From: a virus
Taxonomy: Duplodnaviria > Caudoviricetes
Reading direction: 5' to 3' (one strand)
Virus record (IMG/VR): IMGVR_UViG_3300035698_013504
Location: 136,904-200,903 of that record
DNA: 64,000 nt
This document shows positions 63,684 through 64,000 of this stretch, in pieces. The stretch's first letter is position 1. The number at the start of each line of letters is the position of its first letter. A model generated the notes under the pieces. It worked only from the letters and a program-made list of their open reading frames with translations, did not search any database and was not told the DNA's origin. The position numbers and the translations under genes are program-made.

Positions 63684-64000
63684 CACCGGGAGAAATTGCC
63701 GACGTTGTGTTTACCGTCTCTGTTTTCGGGCTTGTCGTTTTCGCCAGCTGGATCACCATAAAGGGCCTCATGAGCAACACGCGGTCAACGCGCGATCTTG
63801 CGGACCTGCTACTCGCAGTGCGGGCGATGCGAGCGTCACCGTCGCCGTCCAATCGGGAGAGGCAGCTGACTGCATTCCTCGATCACATTGATTGGGGCTA
63901 TCTGCACGTGCAGATGGACGAGCTTACGGCCGCGGCGAATATGGCGCCCGACCCTGGAGGGCAGGTTCTCCGCGATCTTGTGTGTCTTCTTCATGGCCTA
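63680..64000 (+). CDS. Membrane-anchored protein, FL..DW family paralog (runs off the window)
   Basis: ATGA coupling; MTPGEIADVVFTVSVFGLVVFASW...FLDHIDWGYLHVQMDEL. Confidence 0.65.
   Translation, partial: MTPGEIADVVFTVSVFGLVVFASWITIKGLMSNTRSTRDLADLLLAVRAMRASPSPSNRERQLTAFLDHIDWGYLHVQMDELTAAANMAPDPGGQVLRDLVCLLHGL

Noticed and set aside
1-64000. CRISPR array, integrase/att site, alternative genetic code
   Set aside because: No regularly spaced direct repeats (the five CTTCAG modules are irregularly spaced with covarying stems); no recombinase seen; genes are intact under the standard code with all three stops used.

Overview
This 64-kb window looks like part of a large dsDNA bacteriophage genome; essentially all real genes are on the + strand. 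No tools were used, so all family calls are by-eye motif recognition. Five blocks: (1) 1-25 kb, a replication/recombination region with a family-A DNA polymerase split by a group I intron carrying an HNH endonuclease, a probable SSB, RecA/UvsX-like, DUF932, SplB-like radical SAM, MazG-like, DEDDh exonuclease, RuvC-like and many hypotheticals. (2) 25-29 kb, a portal-like gene followed by an orphan PAS-GAF sensor. (3) 29-40.8 kb, a glycan/nonulosonic-acid cluster: NeuB, a NeuA-GT29 sialyltransferase fusion, deacetylase, formyltransferase, three radical SAM enzymes and glycosyltransferases. (4) 40.8-47 kb, an RNA island behind a sigma70-type promoter: tmRNA, five copies of a CUUCAG-N8-UACUUC stem module (two carrying circularly permuted tRNA domains, YrlA/Y-RNA-like), three tRNA mimics without a normal anticodon arm, a ~340-nt highly structured RNA, a Ro60/TROVE gene and a MYG1-family nuclease. 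(5) 47-64 kb, accessory genes including a complete four-gene ubiquitin-like conjugation operon (Ubl-E2-JAB-E1), an RlmN-like enzyme, DUF5131 and several paralog families. The best candidates for an undescribed system are the phage-borne Ubl-E2-JAB-E1 operon, the Ro60 plus noncoding-RNA island and the sialylation cluster. No CRISPR array and no canonical decoding tRNA were found.
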